Source: Candidatus Eiseniibacteriota bacterium (lineage in GTDB: Bacteria; Eisenbacteria; RBG-16-71-46). Taken from it: a stretch of 64,000 bases of DNA. The stretch is from the NCBI GenBank assembly GCA_963707915.1, contig OY970178.1:1440001-1504000 (forward strand), in the 5' to 3' direction. The position numbers were made by a program, and so were the translations under genes. Under the pieces are notes generated by a model that was given only the letters and a program-made list of their open reading frames with translations, was not told where the DNA came from and searched no databases. Shown piece after piece: positions 10,953-21,650 of the stretch (positions within the stretch are counted from its first letter, which is position 1; each line of letters opens with the position of its first letter).

Positions 10953-12230
10953 CTAGCCCCGTTTCGCCGCGATCACGGCCTCGTTTCGCATCCGGAAATG
11001 GTCCGCGGCCTGCTCCACCCATTCGGCGCGCTCCCCCACCAGCGAGGTGAGCTTCACCGGCCGGCCCCCGCGCACGTAGATGCGCGTCACGCGCTTGCCG
11101 ATGGTGCACATGATCTCGTAGGAGAGCGTCCGGCTGCCCGCGGCGACCTCCTCGAGCGGGAGCGCGGCTCCGTCCTGTTCGCCGAAGAGGACCACGTCGT
11201 CGCCGACCTGCGCATCGGGGACCGCCGTGAGGTCCACCATCGTGAGGTCCATCGTCACGCGCCCCACGATCGGCACGCGCCGGCCCCGCACCAGCATCTG
11301 GCCGTGGTTCGAGAGCAGCCAGGAGTAGCCGTGACCGTAGCCCACGGCCACCACCCCCATGCGCATCGGCCGCGCGGTGACGTAGGAGCGGCCGTAGCTC
11401 ACCGGCGTTCCGGCGGGCAGATCGCGGACCTGGACGACCCGGCTCTTGAAGGACATCACCGGCGCCAGGTCGGGGTTCGCCCGGGCGTGCGGCGGGCGGT
11501 GGCCGTAGGCGAGAAGGCCGACGCGCACCCAGTCGAAGCGGGCCTCGGGCAGGTTGACGGTGCCGGCGCTGTTGGCCGCGTGCAGCCGCGGCGCCTGGAT
11601 CCCGCGGGCGGCCAGCCGCTCGGCCAGGGCACGAAAGCGGCGCACCTGGTCCTCGGCGAAGGTGAGGTCCTCCGCGTCCGCGTCGGGGAAGTGGGTGAAC
11701 AGGCTCGCGAGCCGCAGGCCCGGCAGCGCGGCGAGCGTGCCGAGGAAGCCCTCGGCCTCGAGCTCGGAGACCCCGGTGCGTCCCATGCCGGTGTCGACCT
11801 CGACGTGGCAACGCACCGCGCGGCCGGTGCTCACCGCCTCGGCCGAGAGCGCGCGGGCGAAGGCGAGGTCGCACACCGTGGGGTCGAGCCCGTGCGCCAC
11901 GGCCTCGCGGATCTCGCTGGGCAGCAGCGGGGAGAGCGCCACGATGGGCAGCCGGCAGCCGGCCTGGCGCAACTGGATGCCCTCGTGGAGCGTGGCGACG
12001 CCGAGGCACGCCACGCCCTCGGCCCCGGCCGCCTCGGCCATCTCGACCGCGCCGTGGCCGTAGGCGTCCGCCTTCACCACGAGCAGCAGGCCGCGCGCCG
12101 CGTCGGCGGAGGGGCCCGCCGGGGCGCCCGCGCCGGGCGTGGCCAGGCCGACCAGTGCGCGCACGGCGCGCAGGTTGGCCGTGAAGCGGTCGAGGTCCAC
12201 CTCGACCCAGGTCGAAACGGGCATTCCCAT
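10953..12230 (-). CDS. alr: Alanine racemase
   Basis: VVKADAYGHG (PLP lysine), DTGMGRTG, HAANSAG, GRVTMD and LSYEIMC motifs; start is 12230 or 12224. Confidence 0.93.
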   Translation of the reverse strand: MGMPVSTWVEVDLDRFTANLRAVRALVGLATPGAGAPAGPSADAARGLLLVVKADAYGHGAVEMAEAAGAEGVACLGVATLHEGIQLRQAGCRLPIVALSPLLPSEIREAVAHGLDPTVCDLAFARALSAEAVSTGRAVRCHVEVDTGMGRTGVSELEAEGFLGTLAALPGLRLASLFTHFPDADAEDLTFAEDQVRRFRALAERLAARGIQAPRLHAANSAGTVNLPEARFDWVRVGLLAYGHRPPHARANPDLAPVMSFKSRVVQVRDLPAGTPVSYGRSYVTARPMRMGVVAVGYGHGYSWLLSNHGQMLVRGRRVPIVGRVTMDLTMVDLTAVPDAQVGDDVVLFGEQDGAALPLEEVAAGSRTLSYEIMCTIGKRVTRIYVRGGRPVKLTSLVGERAEWVEQAADHFRMRNEAVIAAKRG

Positions 12231-12364
12231 GCGGATCCCCCGGCGGAAGGCGCAGGTGCGCCACGGAAGTTGCGTAGCATAGGCAGCCGTCTGCAAGCGC
12301 GCAAATGGCGGCGCCGCCCGCGCTCGCGTTGGCCGCCCGCAGGCCCCTCCGCTATGCTGCGGCC

Positions 12365-13201
12365 ATGAGCGATCCTGGAGCCACCGAGCGCGAGTCGAAG
12401 GCCTTCTCCGACCTGGTCGCGGTCTGCCGCAAGCTGCGCGGGCCCGAGGGCTGTCCGTGGGACCGCGAGCAGACCCTCGAGAGCATGACGCCCTACCTGG
12501 TCGAGGAGGCCGTCGAGTCGGGCGAGGCCATCGGCTCGGGCGACGTCGAGCACACCACGGAGGAACTGGGCGACCTCGCCTTCCTCGCCCTGTTCTGCAT
12601 GGAGCTGGGCGGCGAGAAGGGCGGCCCGGGGATCGCGGAGGGCTTCGAGCGCGCGGCGGCCAAGCTCATCCGGCGGCACCCGCACGTCTACGGCGGCGAC
12701 GCGATCCAGGACGGCGAGTCCGCCTACCGCCAGTGGCAGGAGATCAAGCAGGGCGAGAAGGGCGGCGCCGACGGCCCGGCGTCGCTGCTGGGCGAGCAGC
12801 CGAAGGGCCTGCCCGCGCTGGTCGCCGCCTACCGCATCCAGGAGAAGGCCGGGGCGGTCGGCTTCGACTGGCCCGACTTCTCGGGGCCGCTCGCCAAGGT
12901 GCACGAGGAACTGGGCGAACTCGAGCAGGAGCTCGGCCGCGACACCGACCCGGCCCTCGCGCGCGAGGTCGGCGACCTGCTGTTCGCCGTCGTGAACCTG
13001 GCGCGGCACCTCACCATCGATCCCGAGCGCGAGCTGCGCGCCGCCTCGCGCCGGTTCCGCGAGCGCTTCCAGCACATCGAGCGCGCGCTGACCGCCCAGG
13101 GCCGCAGCCCGGTCGACGCCACGCTGGCGGAGCTGGACGCGTTGTGGGAGGAGGCCAAGACCATGGACCCGCAGCCGCGCAACCAAGGAGAACCCCGATG
13201 A
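12365..13201 (+). CDS. mazG: Nucleoside triphosphate pyrophosphohydrolase MazG
   Basis: GCPWDREQT, EELGDL, KLIRRHPHVYG, GFDWP and EVGDLLFAVVNLAR motifs. Confidence 0.95.
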   Translation: MSDPGATERESKAFSDLVAVCRKLRGPEGCPWDREQTLESMTPYLVEEAVESGEAIGSGDVEHTTEELGDLAFLALFCMELGGEKGGPGIAEGFERAAAKLIRRHPHVYGGDAIQDGESAYRQWQEIKQGEKGGADGPASLLGEQPKGLPALVAAYRIQEKAGAVGFDWPDFSGPLAKVHEELGELEQELGRDTDPALAREVGDLLFAVVNLARHLTIDPERELRAASRRFRERFQHIERALTAQGRSPVDATLAELDALWEEAKTMDPQPRNQGEPR

Positions 13202-13491
13202 CCGAGAACCCCTCGCACCAGGCCGCGCTGTTCCTGCAGTTGCTGCTGGGGCTCCAGCAGAGCGGCATGATGGCACTCGGCAAGCTGATGAATCCGATCA
13301 GCCGCAAGATCGACAAGAACCTCGACGCCGCGCGCGACACGATTGACACGCTCGCGGCGCTGGAGTCCCGCACCCGCGGCAACCTCGAACCCGACGAGGC
13401 GCGCGTGCTCCAGCAGGTCCTGACCGAGCTGCGCATGAACTACCTGGACGAGGTGAAGAAGGCGGCGGCGCCGCCGGAGAGCGGAGCCTAG
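13198..13491 (+). CDS. Small conserved protein, DUF1844-like
   Basis: MMALGKLMNP…ARDTIDTLAALESRTRGNL…ELRMNY pattern; AGGAG RBS; ATGA overlap with mazG. Confidence 0.75.
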   Translation: MTENPSHQAALFLQLLLGLQQSGMMALGKLMNPISRKIDKNLDAARDTIDTLAALESRTRGNLEPDEARVLQQVLTELRMNYLDEVKKAAAPPESGA

Positions 13492-13521
13492 CGGTCGCGG
13501 CGCTGATCCGCCGACGGCGGA

Positions 13522-14787
13522 TCAGCGCCGGGCGGCCTCGCCCGTGCGTCCGGCACCGACGCCGCCGGCCAGCGCGTCGGAGGCACCGCCGGTCGGGGCC
13601 CGGCTGCCCGCGGCCGGCCGCGTGCCCGGGCCTCCCGCCAGCGCGGTCGGGGCTTCGGCGGCGACGTCGTGGCACTGGTCGCAGCCGACCGCGGTCACGC
13701 CCCGCCCCGCGGGCCAGACCAGCCCGAAGGCCTCGTTCGAGCCGTGCGCCTTGTGGCAGGTCAGGCAGAAGACCCCGTTACGGGCGGCATCGACCACGCG
13801 CCCGCCGGCATAGTCCGTCGCCCCGCGCACCACCACGCGGGCGCGCGTGGTGCCCTCGAAGCCCGAGCCGTGCCCGCGCGCCCAGTGCGCCGCGGCCGTG
13901 GTCTCGCGCCGGTCGCCCTGCGCGATGGAGTTGGTCGCCCCGTCCTGGCTGTCGTACGAGGGGTGCCGCTCGTGCCGGCCGTCCCCGTCCGGGTCCTGGG
14001 CCTGGGCGCCGCTGAGGCGATCGTGGCAGTCCACGCAGAGCCTCGACGCCTCGCGCAGGTCGTCGGTGTCGAGCGTGCCGTACGAGACGCGCGCCGCCTC
14101 GTAGCGCCGCATGCCGATCGCGGCCGGGTCCACGAACAGGCCGAGCGGCGGCGTGGCGCTGGGGTCGCCCGCCAGCCTCAGGTTGCGCGCGACGGAGTTG
14201 CCGTGCGGATCGTGGCAGTCGATGCAGGTGAGCAGCCCGCTGCCCGCGCCGGTCCCGCGCACGCCGTGTCCCAGGGCGTGGCCCTTGCGGCTGCGCACGT
14301 CGCTGGGCCCGAAGAATCCCGCCGAACGGTCCGCGAGGCCGTTGGCGTCGTCGCCGACGACGTCGGGGACGCCGGCCTGGTTGTCGTGGCAGGAAAGGCA
14401 CAGATCGAGCGGGTCGGCCTGGCGCAGCATGTACGGGTTCGGGGGCGGCTCGGACGCGCCGAACCCCGCCACCTCGGCGTCGGCCACCCGGCGCGGGGCG
14501 CTGCGCGAGGCGCTCCCGAACAGGTGACAGTCGGCACAGTCGACCTGGCCCCGCACATGGTGCCGCGGCTCGGCGTCCCCGAAACGGAGGCCCGTCGTCG
14601 CGGGCCCCGGGGACACGCCGCGCGGATCGCCGCCGCTGCGACCGTCACCCGAGCGCGCCGCCCCCGGCAGGAGCGCCACGATGCCGAGCAGCACGGCGGC
14701 GACCGCCGCACGGCGGCGGGACCCCGGCCGCGCGCTGGGTGGACGAAGCGAGGAGGCGGGGGGCAGCGATCCCGGGAGGCACTTCAT
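13522..14787 (-). CDS. Exported multiheme cytochrome c (6 CxxCH)
   Basis: CADCH, CLSCH, CIDCH, CVDCH, CLTCH and CDQCH; N-terminal RRR plus hydrophobic signal; AGGAGG before ATG 14787. Confidence 0.85.
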   Translation of the reverse strand: MKCLPGSLPPASSLRPPSARPGSRRRAAVAAVLLGIVALLPGAARSGDGRSGGDPRGVSPGPATTGLRFGDAEPRHHVRGQVDCADCHLFGSASRSAPRRVADAEVAGFGASEPPPNPYMLRQADPLDLCLSCHDNQAGVPDVVGDDANGLADRSAGFFGPSDVRSRKGHALGHGVRGTGAGSGLLTCIDCHDPHGNSVARNLRLAGDPSATPPLGLFVDPAAIGMRRYEAARVSYGTLDTDDLREASRLCVDCHDRLSGAQAQDPDGDGRHERHPSYDSQDGATNSIAQGDRRETTAAAHWARGHGSGFEGTTRARVVVRGATDYAGGRVVDAARNGVFCLTCHKAHGSNEAFGLVWPAGRGVTAVGCDQCHDVAAEAPTALAGGPGTRPAAGSRAPTGGASDALAGGVGAGRTGEAARR

Positions 14788-14936
14788 ACCTCCTGTTATC
14801 GGGCCGCGCGCGCGCGACTGCAGCGCGAATGCGCGCGGACCACGCGGGTCCACGCGCATTGCGCGATGCACGAGCGGTCGTGCATTCCCACCGGTCGCCG
14901 CCGGGGCCCGCGCCCGGCGGCGGGGGCCGCCCTACG

Positions 14937-16121
14937 CTAGACCGCCTGCAGCACGGCGCACTTCAGGTAGTGCGTCTCCGGCACCGCGAGCAGTTGCGGG
15001 TGGTCGGGCGACTCGGCGCGCCACTCCACCACGCGGAACGGCCGATGCGCGGCGCGGGCCGATTCGAGCAACACCTGGTGGAACAGCGCGTCGTCGAGGT
15101 GGTGGCTGCACGAGCAGCTCACCAGCACGCCCTCCTCCTCGAGCAGGGCCATGGCCGCGCGGTTGAGCTCGCGGTAGGCCCGGGCGCCGGCCGCCAGGTG
15201 CTTGCGCGACTTGACCAGCGCGGGCGGGTCGAGGACCACGAGCCCGAAGCGCTCCCCCGCCCGCTCGAGCTGGCGCAGCACGTCGAAGACGTCGCCACGC
15301 CGCAGGCCCACGCGGTCGGTGAGGCCGTTGCGCTCGAGGTTGCGCGCGGCGGCGGCGAGCGCCGGCTCCGACGAGTCCACCGCGAGCACGGACGCCGCTC
15401 CCCCGCGCGCGGCGTGCAGCGCCCACTCGCCCTGGTAGCAGAACAGGTCGAGCACGCGCTTGCCGGCGGCGCGCGACTCGGCGACGCGGCGGTTCATCCG
15501 CTGGTCGAGGAACAGCCCGGTCTTCTGGCCGTGCAGCAGGTCGGCCTCGACCTGGAAGCCCTCGAGCCCGACCTCGACGCGCTCCGGCACCTCGCCCCAC
15601 CAGATGCCGCGCTCGAGCGGCAGGCCCTCGAGCGTGCGCAGCGGCGAGTCGGCCACGCGCACCACCCCGCGCGGCGCGAACACCCGCTCGAGCGCCTCGC
15701 GCACCATGTCCTGGCGCAGCTCCATGCCGAGCGTGAGCACCTGCACCGCGAGGTGCTCGCCATAGCGGTCCACCACCAGGCCGGGCAGGAAGTCCGACTC
15801 GCCGTAGACCACGCGCACCGCGCGCTCGCCCGGCAGCGCGGCCTCGCGCAGCCGCACCGCCCGCTCCATGCGCTTCACGAAAAGGTCCACGTCGACCTCG
15901 TCGCGCTTGCGCGTGACCAGGCGCGCGCAGATCAGGCTCTGCGGGTTGTAGTAGGCGCGTCCCAGGAAGGCGCCGCGGACGTCGGCCACCTCGACCAGGT
16001 CGCCGGGCGCGGGCGCGCCCTCGAGCGTGGCCACCTCGTTGCTGAAGATCCAGGGGTGCCCCCCGCGCACGCGGCGGTCCTGGTTCTTGCGCAGCACGAG
16101 GCGCTTCGTCGCGGTGGTCAT
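14937..16121 (-). CDS. rlmI: RlmI/RlmK-family class I SAM-dependent rRNA methyltransferase
   Basis: GHPWIFSNE (PUA domain), GESDFLPGLVVDRY, GQKTGLFLDQR, VLDPP, SCS and PETHYLK motifs. Confidence 0.85.
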   Translation of the reverse strand: MTTATKRLVLRKNQDRRVRGGHPWIFSNEVATLEGAPAPGDLVEVADVRGAFLGRAYYNPQSLICARLVTRKRDEVDVDLFVKRMERAVRLREAALPGERAVRVVYGESDFLPGLVVDRYGEHLAVQVLTLGMELRQDMVREALERVFAPRGVVRVADSPLRTLEGLPLERGIWWGEVPERVEVGLEGFQVEADLLHGQKTGLFLDQRMNRRVAESRAAGKRVLDLFCYQGEWALHAARGGAASVLAVDSSEPALAAAARNLERNGLTDRVGLRRGDVFDVLRQLERAGERFGLVVLDPPALVKSRKHLAAGARAYRELNRAAMALLEEEGVLVSCSCSHHLDDALFHQVLLESARAAHRPFRVVEWRAESPDHPQLLAVPETHYLKCAVLQAV

Positions 16122-16136
16122 GAGGGGTCTCCGATG

Positions 16137-17042
16137 TCAGGCGCGCGGCCCGCCGGCGCCGGGGCTCGCGAGCGCGAGGCCGATGAGCCGGTAGGCGAGG
16201 CGCGCGGCCAGGAAGTCCGAGGCGACCTGCCCCGGGATGGGTGCCAGCTCCACGATGTCGAAGCCCACGATGCGCGAGCGCGCGGCCGCTGCGCGCAGCA
16301 GGTCCACGGCCTCGTACCAGTCGAGGCCGCCGGGCTCGGGGGTGCCGGTCCCGGGCAGCACCGACGGGTCGAGCGCATCGAGGTCGAAACTCACGAAGAC
16401 CGTGTCGGTCAGCGCCGCGAGGATGGGCTCGCGGTCGCCTCCCAGCGCGCGGAGCGCGCGCGGGCTCCAGATCGGCGCCGGGTGCGCGCGCAGGTGGACG
16501 GCCTCCTCTTCGCTCATCGAGCGGATGCCGACCGACACGGCCGGGCAGCACTCGCGCACGCGGCGCATCACGCAGGCGTGGCTGTAGGGCGAGTCGAGGT
16601 AGGAATCGCGCATGTCGGCATGCGCGTCGAAGTGGAGCACCGAGAGCCCGCCGAAGCGGCTCGCGGCCGCCCGGACCGCGCCCGCGGTGATGCTGTGCTC
16701 GCCCCCCAGGACGGCCGGCAGGCGGCCCTGGTCGAGGATCCAGCCCACGGCGCGCTCGACGCGGGCGGCCATGGCTTCCGGGCCCAGCGCGGTGGGTTCG
16801 ACCTCGGGGAGCGTGTGGATGCCCTCGCGATAGGTCGCGCCCAGCTCGTCGTCCCAGAGCTCCATGTTCTGCGACGCGGAGAGGATGGCGCGCGGGCCCC
16901 AGCGCGTGCCGCCCTGGTACGTGGTGCTGAAGTCGTAGGGCACCGGCAGCACGACCGCGCGCGCGCGCTCGAGCGAGGCGAACTCCTCGTCGAGCCCGCC
17001 GAAGTTCGGGGGCAGTCCGGTCGGCCAGTCGGGTCGTTCCAT
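16137..17042 (-). CDS. speB: Agmatinase (ureohydrolase)
   Basis: LGGEHSIT, HFDAHADMRD, SHAC, FDLDALDPS, GTGTPEPGG and FDIVELAP motifs. Confidence 0.9.
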   Translation of the reverse strand: MERPDWPTGLPPNFGGLDEEFASLERARAVVLPVPYDFSTTYQGGTRWGPRAILSASQNMELWDDELGATYREGIHTLPEVEPTALGPEAMAARVERAVGWILDQGRLPAVLGGEHSITAGAVRAAASRFGGLSVLHFDAHADMRDSYLDSPYSHACVMRRVRECCPAVSVGIRSMSEEEAVHLRAHPAPIWSPRALRALGGDREPILAALTDTVFVSFDLDALDPSVLPGTGTPEPGGLDWYEAVDLLRAAAARSRIVGFDIVELAPIPGQVASDFLAARLAYRLIGLALASPGAGGPRA

Positions 17043-17212
17043 GCGTCCTCCCTCGCAGACACGTCGGGCCCTGACCGGCCGGATGCCGGATCAGGGCCCG
17101 CGATGATGGGACGTCCTGCCAGGTGCGTCGCGGCGCTTCCGGCCGCGACGCTCCGGCGCTCGGCCCGGGCGAGCCGGGATGCGCCGTTCAGATCTCTGGG
17201 GACCCCTTCCCG

Positions 17213-17440
17213 TTACCGCTCTTCGTCGATCCCGTCGACTTCGTCGAGGTCGTCCTCGTCGTCGTCGTCGTACTCCTCTTCGTCGAACTCGTCGTCGAAC
17301 TCGTCGTCGTCCTCGTCTTCGTCGAGATCCTCTTCTTCGAGATCGTCGTCGAAGAGCTTGTCGTCCTCGTCGTACTTGTCGACTTCGTCGTCCGGGATCG
17401 GACCGAAGTCGTCGTCGGGAATGCCCTTCTTCTTGGTCAT
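17213..17440 (-). CDS. 75-aa extremely acidic low-complexity protein
   Basis: GAGGGAG RBS before ATG 17440; MTKKKGIPDDDF…DEER; 46 of 75 residues are D/E; host-like GAC/GAG codons. Confidence 0.75.
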   Translation of the reverse strand: MTKKKGIPDDDFGPIPDDEVDKYDEDDKLFDDDLEEEDLDEDEDDDEFDDEFDEEEYDDDDEDDLDEVDGIDEER

Positions 17441-17558
17441 GACTCCCTCAGGCAAGAGCCCTGGCGTGACCCACGCGCCATCATGGTGATTGCGTCCCGA
17501 TGACGCGCATTCGAGACCCGGCAGCCACGAAACGGCACCCGGGTGAAAATGCACCGGC

Positions 17559-17586
17559 AGTATACGGAGCGCGCCCCTGCCGTCAA
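17559..17586 (-). promoter_or_regulatory. Sigma70-type promoter for the acidic-protein gene (and possibly speB)
   Basis: Minus strand TTGACG-N16-TATACT, near consensus in a GC-rich background. Confidence 0.65.
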
Positions 17587-17937
17587 TGAGAAATCGAGAC
17601 GCTCCAAGGGCAGGCCGGGCAAGCGGTTGAGGCGGACCCGGCCGCTGGCTCCGGGAAGGCAGTCCCGCCCGGAGGGCTGGAACGCCGGCCCGGAGCGGGG
17701 CTCCCGGCGGCGGCCGGGGCGGAACCGGCGCACCGGGAAGGGCCCACCGGGCAGCGAAGACGGCCGGCGGGAGCCGGCTTCACCGGTCCTGGCGGGCACT
17801 CGAGGCAGATCCGGCAGCAGTCGAATCCGGCGCTCCGTGGCGAAGACGATGCCACGAATCGGCAGCCAGGCGGCTCGATCGTGCCGCGAGACCAGCAAGA
17901 GGTGCCCCGGCAACCGGAGTCCGCTACTCTCGCGCGC

Positions 17938-20112
17938 ATGGCCGCAGCAAACCCTGCACCAGGGGCTGGGCGATCGGGGCCGAGGGCCGGCCGGCGCTCG
18001 CCCGACCGGATGCTGGCAAGCGAGTCACGCCGAGGCGGAAGCAACGAGCTCGGCGGTCTGCCCACGACCGCTGCGGGCGGCCGTCTGCGGCACTTGCCGT
18101 TGGCGCTGGTCCTGGTCGTGGCCGCGGCCGCTGCCCTGAGGCTTTGGCACATCGCCGCCGACCTGCCTGACTTCCTCGAGGAGGCGGCGCCCTTCCGTAC
18201 CGCCTGGGAGATGTGGAGCCCAACGGGAGGACGGACCGACTGGAACCCGCACTCATTCATCTATCCATCGCTCACGATCTACTTGCACCTCTTTCTGCAG
18301 AAGCTGGGCTATTGGTTCGCCGAGCTCAGCGGCACGGTCCATTCACCTGCCGACTGGTGGGTGCTCTACCAGGCCGATCCCACGTCCGTCGTGCTGCCCG
18401 CACGCTATCTGCATGTGGCCTGCGGCGCCGCCACGGTCGCGCTCACCGGCGTGATTGCCGGGCGCCTGCGCCGCGGGGCAGGCATTCCGGCGGCGCTGCT
18501 GGCTGCGTTCAGCCCGACGCTGCTCGGCACGTCGCGCCTGATCTACACGGACACACTGATGACGACCCTCGCCCTGGCTGCGCTCGAGCGCATGCTCGCC
18601 TGGCACGAGCGTGGCGGCAGGGCCCGGCTGGTCGCCGCAGTCGCCTTGATCGGGCTCGCGGCGGGTGCCAAGTACCCCGGAGCGGCGGTGCTCATTCCTC
18701 TGGCCTGGCTGCTGTGGGACCGCGGCAGGGAGCAGGGCCTGGCACTCTGGCCACTGGCAGTTGTGGGCGCGGCGGCAGTCTTCCTGCTCACCACGCCGTA
18801 CGCGATCTTCGACTTCGCCGCGCTCGAGCGTGACCTGATCACGAACGCGATCCACGTTGCGGGTGGGCACCTGGGCCAGTCCACGGTGGCCGCACCCGCG
18901 TCCTATCTGGGCCAGTTGCTGCACGACGTCGGTCCTGCCGGGCTGGCACTGCTCGTGGCCTCCGCCGCGCTGTTCGCCGTCCGGGATCCCCGCCGCTCGG
19001 CAACACTCGCCGTCTGGCTCTTCCTACTGGCGTTCCTTGTGCCGATGGCGGTGGCCCGCTACGCCTCCGCCTACTACCTGATTCCGGTGGTGCCCGCCGC
19101 GGCCGCGCTCGTTGCCGCGGCCGCGCTCGAGCTTCCGCAGCGGTTCGCGCCGGAGCGACAGCGGGTGCTGACTGCGGGGCTGCTTGCCGTGCTGTTGGTG
19201 CCCGTGCTCGTCATCGGCACTCGATCAGCGGCGGCCAGTGCCGGTTCCACGCAGGTCGAAGCCCGGCGTTGGCTGGAGGCGCATCTTGCGGGCCGCGAAC
19301 TCGTGCTCGCGGAAGCCTGGGGACCTCGGCTGTTGTTGGTGAACGAGTACCTTTCCGTGCGGGCGAGTCCGTCCTTCGCTGCCGCAAGTTGGGAGGTGCA
19401 GCAGCGCTATGTCAGCCGGCGCTCCTTCCATGTCGTGGTGTTGCCACTCACGGTGGCCGGGAGTGTTGCCAGTCGCCTCGCCGCGGCAAACGGCGAGCCG
19501 CGGGAGGTCGCGGTGTTCCCCTCGACGCTCGACATCAACGCCATCGCCTACGATCCTCGCCTCTTTGCGATGGCGGACCGGGTCGTAACGAGTGGCGCGG
19601 TGCGGAATCGCTTCGAGGCGGACCCGGAGCGCTTCACGGACGAGTGCCGGCTCTACAGGCTGTTGGACTCGACGGCGACGGTGGAGGCACGCTTCGAGCC
19701 TCACGACGGCGTTGCTGGACCGGTCGTCACCGTGTACTTGCTCGGGCCGCTGGCGCACGCAGCCCTTGCTGCCGCAGGACCACTGCCGCCTCTCTGGTGG
19801 GCGGAGAAGATCCCCGAGAGCTATCGCCGCGCCGTGACCGTGCTCCTCCAGGCTCCGTGGGAGAGCGGTGCCGCGCCGCGCGCAGACGGCACGGCCCCCC
19901 TGTGGGTGCGGAGCCTCGCCGGGGTCTACCAGGATCGTCTGCGACCATTCGCGAACGACTTGGCCACGAACCTCGTGGACCTGGGCCGCTGCGACGCAGC
20001 ACAGCCGCTCGTGGAGGGCACGCTGCTCGTATCCCCACGCGATCCACAGGCGAACAGGCTCTACGAAGCCTGCACCTCGCAACCGGCCCCGTCGTCGCAG
20101 GCGACGCGATAG
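17938..20112 (+). CDS. ArnT/PMT-like (GT-C, GT39-type) membrane glycosyltransferase with soluble C-terminal region
   Basis: Many TM segments; LRLWHIAADLPDFLEE loop after TM1, NPHSFIYPS, GLAAGAKYPG and FLLTTPYAIFD; start uncertain (17938 or 18010). Confidence 0.7.
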   Translation: MAAANPAPGAGRSGPRAGRRSPDRMLASESRRGGSNELGGLPTTAAGGRLRHLPLALVLVVAAAAALRLWHIAADLPDFLEEAAPFRTAWEMWSPTGGRTDWNPHSFIYPSLTIYLHLFLQKLGYWFAELSGTVHSPADWWVLYQADPTSVVLPARYLHVACGAATVALTGVIAGRLRRGAGIPAALLAAFSPTLLGTSRLIYTDTLMTTLALAALERMLAWHERGGRARLVAAVALIGLAAGAKYPGAAVLIPLAWLLWDRGREQGLALWPLAVVGAAAVFLLTTPYAIFDFAALERDLITNAIHVAGGHLGQSTVAAPASYLGQLLHDVGPAGLALLVASAALFAVRDPRRSATLAVWLFLLAFLVPMAVARYASAYYLIPVVPAAAALVAAAALELPQRFAPERQRVLTAGLLAVLLVPVLVIGTRSAAASAGSTQVEARRWLEAHLAGRELVLAEAWGPRLLLVNEYLSVRASPSFAAASWEVQQRYVSRRSFHVVVLPLTVAGSVASRLAAANGEPREVAVFPSTLDINAIAYDPRLFAMADRVVTSGAVRNRFEADPERFTDECRLYRLLDSTATVEARFEPHDGVAGPVVTVYLLGPLAHAALAAAGPLPPLWWAEKIPESYRRAVTVLLQAPWESGAAPRADGTAPLWVRSLAGVYQDRLRPFANDLATNLVDLGRCDAAQPLVEGTLLVSPRDPQANRLYEACTSQPAPSSQATR

Positions 20113-20238
20113 CCGACGATGCTCCGTCGACTGCCCGAGGGAGGGCGAACACGCGACGACGCCTGATCAGGGAGTCATGACGAAAGCTTCTCCCCTCGGT
20201 AGACAGTTGTTGCTAGGATTTCCCGGTGGAGGGCTGAC

Positions 20239-20332
20239 ATGATCCGGACTGCTACGCCGTGGATAGCATGGATGAGGACCAGGCTGCTTGGGCGGCGCTC
20301 CTATGCACTTGCATTGGTCTTATGCATCAGTG
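20239..20332 (+). pseudogene. 5' fragment (signal-peptide-like) of a secreted protein gene interrupted by the IS
   Basis: GGAGGG RBS, then ATG 20239 encoding MIRTATPWIAWMRTRLLGRRSYALALVLCIS, running straight into the IS end. Confidence 0.55.
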
Positions 20333-20371
20333 TGAACCGCGCCGGGTTCTCCGGAGAGCTCCGGACTTGAG

Positions 20372-21600
<1,229 letters not shown>

Positions 21601-21650
21601 GACTCCATCCTCTCAGGCAATGGAGCCTCCGGGAAACCCGGCGCGGTTCA

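Noticed and set aside
17220..17420. TCG/TCC-rich tract as a microsatellite, or a plus-strand Ser-rich or Val-rich ORF
   Set aside because: Better explained as GAC/GAG codons of the minus-strand acidic ORF, which has an RBS and promoter.
17520..17545. ACGA-containing hairpin upstream of the agmatinase region as a guanidine-II riboswitch
   Set aside because: The ACGA lies on the non-coding strand and the required tandem ACGR-loop hairpins are absent.
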